IMG/VR virus record: IMGVR_UViG_3300027657_000001
Length of the DNA stretch: 39,126 nt
Source: a virus
Reading direction: 5' to 3' (one strand)
The first letter of the stretch is position 1, and the number at the start of each line of letters is the position of its first letter. Below the pieces are notes generated by a model. The model was not told where the DNA came from. It worked only from the letters and a program-made list of their open reading frames with translations, and made no database searches. Positions 1 to 7,831 of the stretch are shown piece by piece. Both the position numbers and the translations under genes were made by a program.

Positions 1-127
1 GGACAAGGACGGGGACTTGCTCTTAAGCAAGAGGCAAGCATGAGTGATGTGGAACAAATACAGCCCCCCCAGATACCACCTTCAATGTTCCAGTTGTCCG
101 AGTCTCTCTCTCGTGAAATTCAAGAGA
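1..127. repeat. Terminal overlap, identical to 39000-39126. It marks the wrap-around of a circular or circularly permuted 38,999-bp genome.
   Basis: Compared base by base: ggacaaggacggggacttgc...cgtgaaattcaagaga occurs at both window ends. The repeat lies inside one continuous reading frame (portal). Confidence 0.95.
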
Positions 128-885
128 TATCGGGAGTTAACGAAGAGTTATTGGGTGCCGCAGATGATGACAAGGCTGGTATTCTTTCCATGCTTCGACA
201 GGGAGCAGGACTTACCACGCTTCAAAATCTATTTGATCAGCTTGATCAATCCCAAAAGATGCTTGGTAAACTCATTCTCAATGTGACTCAGCTCAACTAC
301 ACTCCTGGCAAAATCAAAAGAATCCTCAATGAGGAACCAACCCCACAGTTCTACAATAAGAACTTCGGAGCCTATGACTGCGCTATAGAAGAAGGTGCAA
401 ATACAAGTACGCAACGACAGCTCCAATTCGCTCAACTTCTTCACTTACGAGAAACAGGTGTTCCAATTCCCGAAGATGTCTTGATAAAAGCTTCTACAAT
501 TCAAGATAAAAAGGATCTGATTGAATCGATCCAGGCACAGCAACAAGCGGCGCAGCAGCAACAGCAACTTGCCCAAGAAATAGAACTTGAAGAAATAAAG
601 GCTCGTACTGATCTTGCCAGAGCGCGAGCAGTGGCCGACGAGGGGCTTGGAATGGAACGTGTATCTCGTATACAGGAAAACCAACAACTGGCAGTCGAAC
701 GGGCTGCGCAAGCTCAAGAAAATATTGCAGATTCACAAGCCGCACGAATGAGGGGTGTGCTCGATATGGTGAAAGCTATGAAAGAGCTCGATGACTTAGA
801 CTTGGCCCAAATTGAGCGACTCTACAACCTCGCGCAACAGATAAAACAGCAAGAGTCTGAATCGGTTTTACAAGACCAAATTTAG
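1..885 (+). CDS. Portal protein, C-terminal part. The gene starts at 37854 and wraps across the window junction.
   Basis: Frame 1 is open from base 1 (GQGRGLALKQEASMSDVEQ...) and is the same frame as the end of the window. The Gln/Ala-rich coiled C-terminus is typical of podovirus portals. Stop at 883-885. Confidence 0.85.
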   Translation, partial: GQGRGLALKQEASMSDVEQIQPPQIPPSMFQLSESLSREIQEISGVNEELLGAADDDKAGILSMLRQGAGLTTLQNLFDQLDQSQKMLGKLILNVTQLNYTPGKIKRILNEEPTPQFYNKNFGAYDCAIEEGANTSTQRQLQFAQLLHLRETGVPIPEDVLIKASTIQDKKDLIESIQAQQQAAQQQQQLAQEIELEEIKARTDLARARAVADEGLGMERVSRIQENQQLAVERAAQAQENIADSQAARMRGVLDMVKAMKELDDLDLAQIERLYNLAQQIKQQESESVLQDQI

Positions 886-973
886 TGGTATTATCCCCCC
901 TGTAGATTAGACGCAACGCGTTGCCCTCTACAAAAAAGCGTCGGGGCAGTTTTCTACTAAAAAGGACTGTAGT

Positions 974-1246
974 ATGTCTAAAAAGAAATACTACCAAGGT
1001 GGCGATGACCGCAAAGCAGAGTCTCGCGGAATGAAACGAGCCATGGCAAAGAAGAAAAGCGGCGGTGATATGCTCCCGTACTACTCTAATGATATGTCAG
1101 CGATGCCTCAGCAAGTAATCATGCGTGAATACAAAGATGCAGGATACATTGATCGAGGAAACTATCCGGATACTTATGATGAAAAGAATGCACAAGAAAA
1201 CCGCATGGTAAGTAAAGCTGTTAAGCAGCTTTTCAGAGATTACTAA
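974..1246 (+). CDS. Hypothetical small protein (90 aa)
   Basis: ORF with AAAGGA upstream of the ATG, in the head module downstream of the portal gene. Confidence 0.55.
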   Translation: MSKKKYYQGGDDRKAESRGMKRAMAKKKSGGDMLPYYSNDMSAMPQQVIMREYKDAGYIDRGNYPDTYDEKNAQENRMVSKAVKQLFRDY

Positions 1247-1377
1247 TGCCTCTCATGCCTCGGTTGCCTGGGAAAGGCAAAAAGATAGCATGGGCTATCT
1301 TAGGAAAGCCTGCACCGCTGCGCAGAAAAGGAAGAAGTAAGCGCGACAAGCGGATCTTGCTAGAAAGTAGTTATTAA
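1246..1377 (+). CDS. Possible very basic 43-aa protein (MPLMPRLPGKGKKIAW...RRKGRSKRDKR...)
   Basis: ATG overlaps the TAA of the upstream ORF (TAATG). Below the ORF-track size cutoff, with no other support. Confidence 0.3.
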   Translation: MPLMPRLPGKGKKIAWAILGKPAPLRRKGRSKRDKRILLESSY

Positions 1378-1448
1378 AATTCCCTGGGGGGTGCTGCGTG
1401 CTTCTATCTATAGAACTACTCCGGCACCCTCAGGATGACAGGAACGCT

Positions 1449-1757
1449 ATGCCAAAGAAAAAAAGTAAGCCACAGAAAAAGGTAACTGTTGCCAAAGGCG
1501 TTAAGATATCGCGAGAAAAAGAGAAGAGAATGGAAAAGAAGCCGGGAAGTAGCAATACCGGCGAGTATAAAAACGTTTCTCCAAAAGAGTTCGCGGGTGC
1601 TTCGGGTGGTGCTTCTAAATATAGCTATCCCATTAACACTCGAAAAAGAGCTCTTGCCGCCCTCTCCTACGCGAGAAATGCTCCCAATCCAGGGGGAATA
1701 CGTAGAGCGGTGTATAAAAAATATCCCGATCTAAACCCAAAGAACAAGAAAAAGTAA
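1449..1757 (+). CDS. Hypothetical Lys-rich protein (102 aa)
   Basis: ATG at 1449 inside track ORF 1398..1757. Translation: MPKKKSKPQKK...YPINTRKRALAALSYARNAPNP... Confidence 0.55.
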   Translation: MPKKKSKPQKKVTVAKGVKISREKEKRMEKKPGSSNTGEYKNVSPKEFAGASGGASKYSYPINTRKRALAALSYARNAPNPGGIRRAVYKKYPDLNPKNKKK

Positions 1758-1840
1758 CTGATCGGTAGGTGGGTAGGTATGCTGAGCCTCCCACCTCAAA
1801 AATGCACATGCATACATTTCATGTTTTCCTTTTTTTGACA

Positions 1841-1874
1841 CCTAAAAAGGGGCTTCATCCGGCCCCTTTTTAGG
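1841..1874. terminator. Bidirectional intrinsic terminator between convergent genes
   Basis: Perfect 13-bp stem cctaaaaaggggc / gcccctttttagg with an 8-nt loop. The A-tract and T-tract let it act on both strands. It lies between the + ORF ending at 1757 and the - ORF ending at 1894. Confidence 0.85.
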
Positions 1875-1893
1875 TTCATAACCGAACTCACTC

Positions 1894-3174
1894 TTAAATA
1901 ATCGTACAAGCTTGTTCACTAGCTTGGCGTGAATTCTTACATGTAGAGAGTATTTTCTTGTAAGAAGCAATCCGTTCTGTTTGGGGCTTTGAAGTCCCCT
2001 TAATGAAAGGTAGCGCTGTTTTCATGAGAGTGCCACCTAAATTATATCCCGCTTGATACGGATCCCGTTCATACAGATCACGAGAGTCTTCTATCCATTC
2101 TAACAACGCATCATGTAGAGGTGTATCAACATCAATGCCAAAGTTAACCGCAAAAGATTCAACGAGGAGATTACAGATACTGTGGGCTGCATCGACAATA
2201 GGCCTCACCAAAGCATCAGTCGCTCCCCGTGTCGTACCATACGCTGCCAGTAACGGATGCATAACGCTCTCAATCGCTTGCGTATTCAATGCACCCCATT
2301 GCTCCCATTCAAGAGTTGCGTGTCTCTCTACCATCAATGCTGTCTCTGCAACACTCGCATTAATGTATTGGGTCGTTTCAGACCAGTTAATATCTGTCGT
2401 AAAATTAGGAACGGTGATGCCTTCGCTTCGAAGCATGCCATCGACGTTGTAAATGTCCGTGGTGCATGTCATAGACGTACGCACAAAGTCACAGCTGGCA
2501 AGAATACGATCCTTTCGAGCCTTCACCTCTGGACGCTCTTCATATTTCAATCTGATTGATTCTAGTTGGCGATCGCTGATAACTCCCTGCATATGCAAGA
2601 TAGCAAAACGAGTCAATATCGAGCGAGCCTCATCCTCATTACGAGTGATCATCATCTCCATGGTTTCTACCACTTCAGGAGAATTGGCATGTGACGACCA
2701 GAGCTGAAGCATCTTGGTATAATACAGACGATCTCGTGGAGAAATATCTCTAAGAGAGAGATAATCCATAATACGGCTACGCTCTAATTGCATATGATGA
2801 ATATCTAAATGCTCTACCAAGCGCGTAAATTCTTGGTGTTTCTTTGCCAGATCCCATTGCTGCTGCCGTGGAAGCGTTCTCATATCGATCCCATGCAATG
2901 AGCGACCTGCATTTAAATCATCCAGCGTATATTCTCTTGTATGATGCATAGATGAACGAGCACGGCGTTCCGGTGAATATCCGTGATACTCTCCAGTTAC
3001 AAGTGTTTGTAATACACACCCAAACGTTTCATGCAAGGTGGGGGGTTCATCAAGAAAAATATTAAATGGTCTTTCTTCTGCTGAGTGCCCACCTCCCCTA
3101 AAGGATCGCTCCGATGCTCCTATAAAAACAGTAAAAAAAAGTAGTGGAAATGTAGTGAATTTATGTAGTACCAT
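1894..3174 (-). CDS. Secreted protein of unknown function (426 aa), encoded antisense within the head-gene module
   Basis: Long ORF with GAGGAG 8 nt before the ATG. The hydrophobic N-terminus MVLHKFTTFPLLFFTVFIGAS looks like a signal peptide. It has its own terminator. Confidence 0.8.
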   Translation of the reverse strand: MVLHKFTTFPLLFFTVFIGASERSFRGGGHSAEERPFNIFLDEPPTLHETFGCVLQTLVTGEYHGYSPERRARSSMHHTREYTLDDLNAGRSLHGIDMRTLPRQQQWDLAKKHQEFTRLVEHLDIHHMQLERSRIMDYLSLRDISPRDRLYYTKMLQLWSSHANSPEVVETMEMMITRNEDEARSILTRFAILHMQGVISDRQLESIRLKYEERPEVKARKDRILASCDFVRTSMTCTTDIYNVDGMLRSEGITVPNFTTDINWSETTQYINASVAETALMVERHATLEWEQWGALNTQAIESVMHPLLAAYGTTRGATDALVRPIVDAAHSICNLLVESFAVNFGIDVDTPLHDALLEWIEDSRDLYERDPYQAGYNLGGTLMKTALPFIKGTSKPQTERIASYKKILSTCKNSRQASEQACTII

Positions 3175-3265
3175 TGCGTTACTCCTCTGTAAGGTACACA
3201 GTTCTATCTATTTTAGACTAACAAATGCATAGAACTTGTCAATAATACTTATAAAAAAGGGAATA

Positions 3266-3772
3266 ATGGTAAAGAAGAAAACAGCTGGTCAGCAAATACT
3301 TGAACATACGGCTGGTAAAGAGATGGATGATGCGACCCCTCACGAGCTTTCCCAGGAGATGTTGGAACCGAGTTTTGATGCATCGATAAATGAATGGATT
3401 CGAGAGGCCTGTGGATTGTATGACAATGATTTTTTCATTGTATTGAATCTAAAGTTGGAGCGCTCTCTTCAAAATGCCCCTCATTTGATACCGGAGACTC
3501 GGCAGACGTGTCCTGATCCCTTCTATGATCAATCAGTATGGCATTTTCACCGCGAAGAAGAGAGATTAGAATTTCTCTGGGTGGTACCCGATATTGGTAC
3601 CACAAAATTGTTTTATGATGATCCACTTAATTGTCCCACTGATCAGTTGGAGTTGAGAAAGCATGTACTCGATTTCATGGACGGAACGCTACAAAAAAGA
3701 GCCAATAAGTTAAATGAAGTTATTTTAAGGAGTAAGAATGGAAGAAAAAAACAATCTAGAGGAATCGCTTGA
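3266..3772 (+). CDS. Hypothetical head-module protein (168 aa)
   Basis: ATG 3266 preceded by AAGGGA, in the frame of track ORF 3236..3772. Confidence 0.6.
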   Translation: MVKKKTAGQQILEHTAGKEMDDATPHELSQEMLEPSFDASINEWIREACGLYDNDFFIVLNLKLERSLQNAPHLIPETRQTCPDPFYDQSVWHFHREEERLEFLWVVPDIGTTKLFYDDPLNCPTDQLELRKHVLDFMDGTLQKRANKLNEVILRSKNGRKKQSRGIA

Positions 3773-4436
3773 AATCAGATCTCCAGAAGATCGAGTTGAG
3801 GAGATTCATGAGACTGCTGAAGCCAAACCAGCTCCAGTAAATCAAAATGAATTGAATATTCGTGAGTTACGGGAACAAAAAAAGCGTCTTGAGCGAGAGC
3901 GAGATGAACTGCGGCAACGCATGCAAGCGATGGAGGAGTCACAAAAAAGCGCACCCCAGTCGCCCTCTCTTGCCGATGATGATTTAGTAGAGTGGAAATA
4001 TGTAAAACAGGAAATAGAGGGTTTAAAGAACCACATTTCCAGTCATCAACAGAAAAGCGCTGCAACCGAAGCTGAGATGCGCCTAAAAGCCCGATATAAT
4101 GACTTTGATAAAGTAGTTACATCAGACAATATTCAGCGATTACGGGAAAACTATCCAGAGATTGCAGCTACCCTCTCTGCTAATAACGATCTCTACACGC
4201 AAGCATCAGCTGCCTACGATATCATAAAGCGCTACGGTATTTACAGTGATGATACGTTCGACAAGGATAAAGAGCGCATTCAAAATAATACAGCTAAGCC
4301 TCGCCCAAGTAATACAGCTTCCGGGCAACGTGGCAACAGTCCCCTTGATCAAGCAAATGCGTTTGCTGAAGGTTTGACACCTGAGCTTAAAGAGCAATTG
4401 CGCAGAGAAATGAGAGACGCAATTAAAAGAAGATAA
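3738..4436 (+). CDS. Putative scaffolding protein
   Basis: Acidic, strongly helical/coiled sequence (ELREQKKRLERERDELRQRMQAMEE) immediately upstream of the major capsid gene. Confidence 0.55.
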   Translation: MEEKNNLEESLEIRSPEDRVEEIHETAEAKPAPVNQNELNIRELREQKKRLERERDELRQRMQAMEESQKSAPQSPSLADDDLVEWKYVKQEIEGLKNHISSHQQKSAATEAEMRLKARYNDFDKVVTSDNIQRLRENYPEIAATLSANNDLYTQASAAYDIIKRYGIYSDDTFDKDKERIQNNTAKPRPSNTASGQRGNSPLDQANAFAEGLTPELKEQLRREMRDAIKRR

Positions 4437-4454
4437 GTGCGCCAATACTCAACC

Positions 4455-4489
4455 GGGCCTTCGCTCACTTGAGCGGAGGCCCAATTTTT
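4455..4489 (+). terminator. Intrinsic terminator or attenuator between the scaffold and capsid genes
   Basis: 12-bp stem gggccttcgctc / gagcggaggccc (one G-U pair) with loop actt, followed by aattttt. Confidence 0.75.
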
Positions 4490-4626
4490 GTTATATATCT
4501 ATTTGACTGAATAAAAGACTCGTCACCTTTACGGCTGACATCAGGGACTCGCCAGCCCGTGGCTGACAATGAAGCTCGCCACTTCACAATGTAAATATTG
4601 TGAATCTTTTTATAAAAGGAGAGGCT

Positions 4627-4938
4627 ATGGCTGTAACTACTACAAGCCTTCTGCCCGCTCCAGTACAACAATCGTTTAGTTATAAACTATTGTCTGTTCC
4701 AACACCAGATTTTATTCACACGTTACCTGCTGAGAAGAAATACATGCCACGTCACGGTGGTACTACTCTTCGTTTCCGCAGATATAACCCACTGAATACG
4801 GCGTTGGTTCCACTGGGGAATAGCGGTGTTACACCACCAGCTCAAACACTGAGCGCTGTCGACATTGATGCCCGCATGTCATTCTATGGTACATATGTCA
4901 TACTCAACGAGCAGGTAACTCTGCAAAATCAAGACCCT
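4627..4938 (+). CDS. Major capsid protein, exon 1
   Basis: GGAGAGG then ATG at 4627. KYMPRHGGTTLRFRRYNPL...YVILNEQVTLQNQDP resembles the N4-gp56-type capsid family. The unspliced frame runs into a short unrelated tail and stops at 5001. Confidence 0.85.
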
Positions 4939-4993
4939 AAAATGAATGGGGTCTATAAACTTTCTCTAATTGACTTGGAAGCCGAAGTAGCTC

Positions 4994-5503
4994 TTAGCTA
5001 ACCGGTGACAGGGCCGAAGGATTTTTTAAAGGATGTTCATGCCAACGACTATTAAGATTGCGCAACTCACTCATAAGCTCAAAACGCTGATCATTGATCT
5101 GATCAGGAAGTCTTTTGCTTCCGATGTTTTTGCAGGTCTTTCTATATCGTCTCATGACATCACAATGTGGCTTTTTAATAATAAGATATGGTTCAACTAC
5201 ATCAAGAAGATAATCAAGCATTTCTCCGGTAGCTTGCCAGTTATAAACAGGTCGCGTAAATTTCTTTTTACTCGTCCATCTATAGCGGGAATCACGAGCT
5301 CCTCCAAATGTTTGTTCCAACCACTTAATGAGAATCTCATCGCAACTGGTTACTTTGAGCATGACATGCCATTGCCATCCAGATCCGTATTTACCTTGCT
5401 TAACTCTACCGATGTAGAAGCAACCTTCTCCATCGATGATTCCAGCAAGATAAGCAATTTGAGTGGCAATTTGGTGAGTATGAAAAATAACTTTTTTAGC
5501 CAT
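4994..5503 (-). CDS. LAGLIDADG homing endonuclease (single-motif type), antisense to the intron and capsid gene
   Basis: Motif YLAGIIDGEGCF plus LDYLLDVVEPYLIIKK. ATG at 5503 (MAKKVIF...). The track ORF extends to 5554. Confidence 0.85.
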   Translation of the reverse strand: MAKKVIFHTHQIATQIAYLAGIIDGEGCFYIGRVKQGKYGSGWQWHVMLKVTSCDEILIKWLEQTFGGARDSRYRWTSKKKFTRPVYNWQATGEMLDYLLDVVEPYLIIKKPHCDVMRRYRKTCKNIGSKRLPDQINDQRFELMSELRNLNSRWHEHPLKNPSALSPVS

Positions 5504-5524
5504 ATTGAATCTTTCGTTAATAGC

Positions 5525-5533
5525 AGTATAGCA
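5525..5533 (-). promoter_or_regulatory. Candidate extended -10 promoter (TGcTATACT) for the homing endonuclease gene
   Basis: On the minus strand, tgctatact lies 21 nt upstream of the ATG at 5503. The -35 region is weak. Confidence 0.3.
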
Positions 5534-5723
5534 CATAACGAATGTAAAATCCACGGTGAACGACTAAGTGAGAAAGCAAATGAGATGGAAATAGATAGTA
5601 CAAGAGCTTTTTGTCTCATTTGATGCGATAGTCTGACCTCCGTTCGATAAGACGGAGAGGGAGACCCGAAGAGGTTTCCCCGCCCGAAAGGGTCAGTAGC
5701 CGAAAGGTGAAAGTAACAGAACG

Positions 5724-6362
5724 GTTCTTAACGAAGCGGCAAATAGATTGGGCGTATCCCTTAAGCAAACAGAGGATACTCTTGCTCGTGATATGCTTGC
5801 TTCTACGGCATCGGTTATTAACTGCGTTGGCGGCGTGAACGGAGACAATCCGACTGAAATGACTCGCTCAGACGTAGACCAGGTAGTAAAAGTACTTAAA
5901 GGAAACGATTCTAAACCGTTTCTTTCTGGTATGGCTGGAGAAGACAAATTTGGGTCTGCTCCGGTTCGCTGGGCGTACTTTGCACTTGGAAGTACTGACC
6001 TCATTGGAGATTTGGAGAACGTGTCTGGGTTTATTTCTCAAGCACAGTACCCAAATCCGATGAATGCAATCAGTGATGCTGAGTGGGGTTCTATATCTAA
6101 CCTTCGATTCATGCTGTCTTCAATCGGCTCTAAAACAGCTAATTCTTCTGCAAATGGAAATGACGTATACAACGTCTTCTGTGTTGCACGTGAAGCATAC
6201 GCATGCGTTGAACAAGATGGATATAGCGCACAATTCATCTATCGCCCACCTATCTATGATGGGCCGTTAGCGCAGAACTCTTCTGCAGGGTATAAAATGG
6301 CACAAGTACCTCGAATCTTGAACGATCTCTGGGTACAAAACCTACGTTGCACCCTAGCGTAA
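5724..6362 (+). CDS. Major capsid protein, exon 2
   Basis: The frame is open from 5700. VLNEAANRLGVSLKQTEDTLARDML continues the capsid motif from exon 1. Both exons are multiples of 3 nt, and the spliced product is 316 aa. Confidence 0.85.
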   Translation, partial: VLNEAANRLGVSLKQTEDTLARDMLASTASVINCVGGVNGDNPTEMTRSDVDQVVKVLKGNDSKPFLSGMAGEDKFGSAPVRWAYFALGSTDLIGDLENVSGFISQAQYPNPMNAISDAEWGSISNLRFMLSSIGSKTANSSANGNDVYNVFCVAREAYACVEQDGYSAQFIYRPPIYDGPLAQNSSAGYKMAQVPRILNDLWVQNLRCTLA

Positions 6363-6375
6363 GAAAGGAGAGATA

Positions 6376-7359
6376 ATGGCACAAGGAACTTTATTACAAG
6401 TGGGTAGCTTTACGGCTGATGGATCAAATAAGCGTATTGCTATCAGATCAGACTTTGATTATATCGAAGTCTTTAACCGCACAGCAGCTGCTCAAGCAAC
6501 CGCTGATTTGGGGTATTTTTTCCATTTTCAGCGTGGTGATACTGATGGACGTGGTTACCTAGAAACTAAACTGGGAACGGTAGCAAACGATCCAGTAACT
6601 GTAGGTCAAATTGCTGCTGATAGTGGCTTTTTCCTATTGGATACTTCAGCTAACCCTGTATCTGCGTCTACAGTAGTAGATTCAGCTACTGATGCTACGC
6701 GGCCTGTTGTGTCTACATCAAGCACAGCTGGTCTTGCAGTTGATGATGTTGTTCGTATGACTTTAGTCGGACAAGAAAGCTTAGGCGGCATTGATTTCCA
6801 AATCGATGAAGTTAATTCTGATTCCGACTTTAGAATTAAGTATGTCATGGCAAACTCTCCAGGAGCTGCGGCTACTTCGGGTACATGGCGTAAGATCAAG
6901 TATGACCCAATCTTTTATCCACGCCGTCGCTTTATTGCAAACATTACTGCTGCTTCAAGCGCGGTAGTGAGATGCACTGTTGATCACGGTCTCACCGTTG
7001 GTCAAGAAGTGCGTATGCATGTTCCGGCGGTGTATGAAATGATTGAGATGGACGGATTATCTGGAACTATTACCGCTGTAACTGCAAATGAGTTCACGCT
7101 TGATATCGATTCAAGTGCGTTTACTGCGTTTGTATTCCCACTACCTGCAGATGTTCCATTTACTCCTGCTCTGGTAGTACCGTATGGCATTGATACTGGG
7201 GTGGCTTTAAGCAACTCTGTTGACGATCTTGCTGATGCAACAGAAAACCAAGCTATCATCGGTGTTGATCTCATTGCTGGTGACGATAGTCCAGCTGGTA
7301 ACAACAATGATGTTATTGAGTGGAGAGCTTTTAAAGCTTTCAGTGTAAATAACGAGTAG
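6376..7359 (+). CDS. Virion protein (327 aa) with an internally repeated small beta domain; possible head decoration or fibre
   Basis: Strong SD AAAGGAGAG. It sits just after the capsid gene. Two copies of a G..VR...G..G.I..V....F.L.ID.S.F-like module are visible. Confidence 0.6.
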   Translation: MAQGTLLQVGSFTADGSNKRIAIRSDFDYIEVFNRTAAAQATADLGYFFHFQRGDTDGRGYLETKLGTVANDPVTVGQIAADSGFFLLDTSANPVSASTVVDSATDATRPVVSTSSTAGLAVDDVVRMTLVGQESLGGIDFQIDEVNSDSDFRIKYVMANSPGAAATSGTWRKIKYDPIFYPRRRFIANITAASSAVVRCTVDHGLTVGQEVRMHVPAVYEMIEMDGLSGTITAVTANEFTLDIDSSAFTAFVFPLPADVPFTPALVVPYGIDTGVALSNSVDDLADATENQAIIGVDLIAGDDSPAGNNNDVIEWRAFKAFSVNNE

Positions 7360-7369
7360 TGATGAGTAT

Positions 7370-7393
7370 GGGGCGCTTTCGGGCGTCCCTTCT
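7370..7393 (+). terminator. Weak hairpin plus TTCT after ORF 6376..7359
   Basis: ggggcgc / gcgtccc, 7 bp with one G-U pair and a 6-nt loop. Confidence 0.3.
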
Positions 7394-7405
7394 AGAAGGA
7401 GTATT

Positions 7406-7822
7406 ATGACTAAAATTGCACCAACTGTTGAAAAGCCAAAAAAAGTAAACGCCCGGTTTCAGAGAGAAAAAGATAATCGTCTTGTAAAGGGACGGTTTGT
7501 TTATAATGAACTCCCGGGTGGGGTGCTTGCATTTAACTATTTATTGCATAAAGGTGACAAGCCAATCCGCTATGTCATGCACGACGGGGGCATATACACT
7601 GTTCCTCTTTCAGTAGCGCGACATCTTAATAAAAATGTGGCATACCCCGTATATGACTATATTCCAGGAGAGGATCTGATCGGCGCTCAGGATTCATACG
7701 AAGGAAAAAATATGCGTGTGAAGCGCATGGAAAAACGGTGTTCTTTTGAGCCTCTGGATTTTATTGCAGATGAAGAACTACAGGGCGTAGAGTCAGACGT
7801 AGTATCAGTAGAAACAGTATAG
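7406..7822 (+). CDS. Hypothetical virion-module protein (138 aa)
   Basis: SD GAAGGAG 6 nt before the ATG. Confidence 0.65.
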   Translation: MTKIAPTVEKPKKVNARFQREKDNRLVKGRFVYNELPGGVLAFNYLLHKGDKPIRYVMHDGGIYTVPLSVARHLNKNVAYPVYDYIPGEDLIGAQDSYEGKNMRVKRMEKRCSFEPLDFIADEELQGVESDVVSVETV

Positions 7823-7831
7823 GAGGAGTTG

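Larger units (their letters stand above)
4939..5723 (+). mobile_element. Group I intron (785 nt) in the major capsid gene
   Basis: P1: 4932-4938 AGACCCU with 4948-4954 GGGGUCU, ending in a U-G pair at the splice site. P10: 4944-4947 GAAU with 5724-5727 GUUC. P3: 4960-4966 with 5570-5576. P7: 5562-5566 GACUA with 5629-5633 UAGUC. P8: 5578-5586 with 5613-5621. The 3' domain has GAAA tetraloop hairpins. The last intron nucleotide is G5723. Confidence 0.85.

Noticed and set aside
1-127. Reading the end repeat as a physical direct terminal repeat, as in T7-type genomes
   Set aside because: It lies within the portal coding frame rather than in non-coding DNA. Its length matches a typical assembler k-mer overlap. 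See the finding for how to test this.
901-932. Palindrome gcaacgcgttgc (913-924) within tgtaga/tctaca arms after the portal gene, considered as a terminator
   Set aside because: No U-tract follows on either strand, and the next gene starts 40 nt later in the same operon. It may be a minor RNA structure or a restriction-type palindrome, and there is not enough evidence to call a function.
3236-3242. Perfect TTGACA on the minus strand as the -35 element of a promoter for the antisense secreted-protein gene
   Set aside because: No acceptable -10 hexamer lies at 16-19 nt spacing. TAAAAT is 22 nt away. The promoter is therefore left uncalled.
4939-5001. C-terminal tail KMNGVYKLSLIDLEAEVALS of capsid ORF 4600..5001, read as a genuine short capsid protein
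   Set aside because: The conserved capsid motif is cut mid-way at 4938 and resumes at 5724. The P1 and P10 pairings place the splice site there, so the tail is intron read-through.
5033-5623. 196-aa plus-strand ORF inside the intron
   Set aside because: It is the mirror frame of the minus-strand LAGLIDADG gene. It has no recognisable motif, while the minus-strand frame carries the endonuclease motifs.
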